In this document: one piece after another, positions 16,367 to 18,623 of the stretch
Layout of the letters: each line of letters begins with the position of its first letter
How positions within the stretch are numbered: position 1 is the first letter of the stretch
DNA from: Armatimonadota bacterium
Lineage (GTDB): Bacteria > Armatimonadota > Armatimonadia > Armatimonadales > Armatimonadaceae
Direction: 5' to 3'
Assembly (NCBI GenBank): GCA_043754515.1
Contig: JAYUUO010000021.1
Location: 1 to 18,623 of the forward strand
DNA length: 18,623 nt
Translations under genes and position numbers: made by a program
The notes under the pieces: model-generated
The model's database searches: none
Told to the model about the DNA's origin: nothing
What the model saw: only the letters and a program-made list of their open reading frames with translations

Positions 16367-16733
16367 GATGCGATGCTTAGTCTCTTTTCTAAAGTGCCTA
16401 GATGCCCGGTATAAAGACGGTGTTGGCTCGACTTGCTATAGTCTACGTCGGACCATTGCGCTGTGACCGGTTGGCCATCACGATTCTACCGCCGAAATTC
16501 TTGGGCGCACACTCTACTACTTTTCCGCTTGCACATAGCGAGCTCGCGGGAACCGCATCTCGTGGCTTCGCGTAATTGGCACTGTGCCTTTCAACCATTT
16601 GTGTACGAGGACGTACCCACTTACTCTTAAAGTTAGCTTAACGATCGTGATCAATCCCAGAAGCTCTTGGTCTTTATCTCGCGTTGCTTCATAAGCACCG
16701 TTCTGTTATATGGGAAACTTAGGAGGTAGGTAA

Positions 16734-17384
16734 GTGATGAGAGACGATGAGCCACGCTCGCAAGGGCCCTTCGGCAACGAAGAAGTAGTGGTATCGTGCG
16801 CCCCGCGCTGCAGGGCTCAAAAGGGGCATGATCGGGCACGTCACCAGCGACAATGGGATGTTGTCTTGACGCAGGCGCGGCGAGTAGCACATGATGGTGC
16901 TTTACGGGATGGCTTGTCGCCCTCTGACTCCGACGACGTAGCTTCACTCTTCGTCCTCTGCTTCCTGCGACGTGGAACGGGCTGGGGGAACGACGGGAAC
17001 ACGAATGCCCCCGACCAAGACGCCGATCCACGGTACCTGCTACCCTTGTTTCTGCGTTGCCAAATCAGCCGCTTACGCGCCCACATCCAGCGCGAAGTGA
17101 CTTGCCTCAATGCGGATGCCAATCTTTCGGACGTTTCATGCGCTTCATCGGTTCAGCAATGTGATAGGACCGTCGAACAGCGAGCCCTGTGGGGGGCGGT
17201 TGCCGAAGCGGTAAAAAATCTTCCGTCACTCCAACAGGACGCTCTAGTCGGGCGCGTTCTTAACGATGAGCCGATTTCGGAGATCGCCGCGCGGCATAAC
17301 GTGGGTGAAGCCGCCGTTCGGAAATCCTCGTACCGCGCCCAGATCACTCTGAGAGTCAGGCTTCGTGACTGGGAGGAAAAATAA
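16734..17384 (+). CDS. Divergent ECF-type sigma-70 family factor
   Basis: AGGAGGT RBS at 16721-16727. Region-4-like AVKNLPSLQQDAL...EPISEIAARHNVGEAAVRKSSYRA and a weak region-2-like DSDDVASLFVL. Confidence 0.72.
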   Translation: MMRDDEPRSQGPFGNEEVVVSCAPRCRAQKGHDRARHQRQWDVVLTQARRVAHDGALRDGLSPSDSDDVASLFVLCFLRRGTGWGNDGNTNAPDQDADPRYLLPLFLRCQISRLRAHIQREVTCLNADANLSDVSCASSVQQCDRTVEQRALWGAVAEAVKNLPSLQQDALVGRVLNDEPISEIAARHNVGEAAVRKSSYRAQITLRVRLRDWEEK

Positions 17385-17495
17385 GTCAAAAATCTTCCGA
17401 CTTCTGTGTCCTATTTACGCGACTGGCTGAACTTATAAAGTGAGGGATTGCGGTGGATTGCTACTCCGCGACTGCGTACCAACAGGGAACACTGG

Positions 17496-18536
17496 ATGAA
17501 TCAGAAAATTAACTCCAACCTCATATCTCTCGTTATAGTGATCGCGTGTATCTCTGTCGGTACCGTCGCGGCTCGGGTGGCCTACCGGCTTGTGACGCAT
17601 GCGCAAGACGTTCCCATCACTGTGTATCCGAAGTCGATCTGGTTCAACAGGCTGGTTGAAGGTGTCGTCGGCGAGGAAACAGTGTATTTGACTAACAGGG
17701 GTGACGCTCCTTTGCAAGCAGATCGGATCGTTTCCTCATGCGGTTGTACAACAACGGAGGGGCCGAAGGTTATCTCACCGCTCGGTCAGGGGAAATTTGT
17801 CGTCCACTATGACTCGCACGACCGACGTGGCAAGATAAACCAATCGGTGAGCGTGTACTTTTCAGGACACCGAGATCATCCGGTCTCAGTTCCTGTGGCT
17901 GGTAATGTTGAACGCGATATCGAGTTGAATTCGCCATTCGTTTCCCTGGCAAATGGCGCGGGAGAAATAACCATGAAGCGTCTTGATGGGGAGCCATTGC
18001 GGCTGACCGTGGTATCAACACCGGATTCCATCAAAGTTGTGTTACAGGAGTTGTCACCGGAATCTGTCCGGGTCAGGTTCACGACGACGCTACAGGCGAC
18101 TGCGGGAACGCACCAAGAGGACGTGGTCATCGGGATAAATCATCCGGGGTTACCACAAGTAACCATTCCAGTGTCGTGGACATCCGCTGGGAAGTATAAA
18201 CTCGTACCGGATACTTTAAACTTCGGCTTGGTGCCTTTCGGAGCAGAGAAACAAGGCGCAGTGCGCATCACTGGCCCATCCGTCAGTGGGTTGCGCTTAA
18301 TCTCTTTGCCACCCAGTTTTACAGGCAAAATCAACGCCGATGGGCCAAACACTGCGGCCTTGAATGTGCGCTGGTCTGGGAAAGGGGGGAAACGACTGAT
18401 ACACGCGAACGTAACATTGTCCACGGGTGATGTAACGGAGCCGCGTCTTGTGATACCTGTCTACGCTGCCGTTAACTATACTGCGGCAGATGGTGGTTGC
18501 ACGGCTAAATTGCCTTGTAAATCCGCCGATAACTGA
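17496..18536 (+). CDS. DUF1573 domain-containing (Ig-like) membrane-anchored or secreted protein
   Basis: N-terminal hydrophobic helix, LTNRGDAPL...SSCGCT...ISPLGQG motif, then further Ig-like repeats (PDTLNFG). Confidence 0.85.
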   Translation: MNQKINSNLISLVIVIACISVGTVAARVAYRLVTHAQDVPITVYPKSIWFNRLVEGVVGEETVYLTNRGDAPLQADRIVSSCGCTTTEGPKVISPLGQGKFVVHYDSHDRRGKINQSVSVYFSGHRDHPVSVPVAGNVERDIELNSPFVSLANGAGEITMKRLDGEPLRLTVVSTPDSIKVVLQELSPESVRVRFTTTLQATAGTHQEDVVIGINHPGLPQVTIPVSWTSAGKYKLVPDTLNFGLVPFGAEKQGAVRITGPSVSGLRLISLPPSFTGKINADGPNTAALNVRWSGKGGKRLIHANVTLSTGDVTEPRLVIPVYAAVNYTAADGGCTAKLPCKSADN

Positions 18537-18557
18537 CTATCTCGAAAGGTTCAAACC

Positions 18558-18623
18558 ATGTCTTTTCAAACGATTCGCCAATCTCTGGTCAAAAAGAGCG
18601 TCCTTCTCATCGCCGCCCTGTCT
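18558..18623 (+). CDS. Start of a probable secreted protein (partial)
   Basis: GAAAGG RBS, then ATG 18558 MSFQTIRQSLVKKSVLLIAALS..., open to the window end. Confidence 0.55.
   Translation, partial: MSFQTIRQSLVKKSVLLIAALS

Noticed and set aside
1..18623. CRISPR array, tRNA or rRNA genes
   Set aside because: No regularly spaced direct repeats, cloverleaf signatures or rRNA-like sequence seen.

Overview
High-GC bacterial chromosomal window. An Armatimonadota/Planctomycetota-like gene style is my impression only. In order it carries: the 3' end of a dual-OB-type gene, a membrane hypothetical, ribD and ribE coupled to a DUF416-like gene, a 515-bp protein-free IS200/IS605-type element, two pseudogenes (Uma2/DUF820 nuclease and a putative 2OG-Fe(II)-type protein), an MDR oxidoreductase, a DUF2252 gene, a PadR plus permease-prefix/HAAS membrane protein pair, an acyltransferase-3 gene, a secreted Cys-glutathione peroxidase, a conserved hypothetical, an ABC-F/DUF2103/GNAT cluster, an M28 peptidase, and a lower-GC block with an ECF-like sigma factor and a DUF1573 gene. 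The most interesting item is missed by the ORF track: the element at 3470-3984 (minus strand). It has matching TnpA-type end hairpins, CCAT/TCAC boundary motifs, its own sigma70 promoter and a predicted ~326-nt structured RNA ending in a TnpB omega-RNA-like scaffold, but it encodes no protein. It sits exactly between the Shine-Dalgarno sequence and the ATG of the Uma2 gene, so its predicted guide targets that gene's translation-initiation region. All family calls come from motif recognition by eye; no searches were run.
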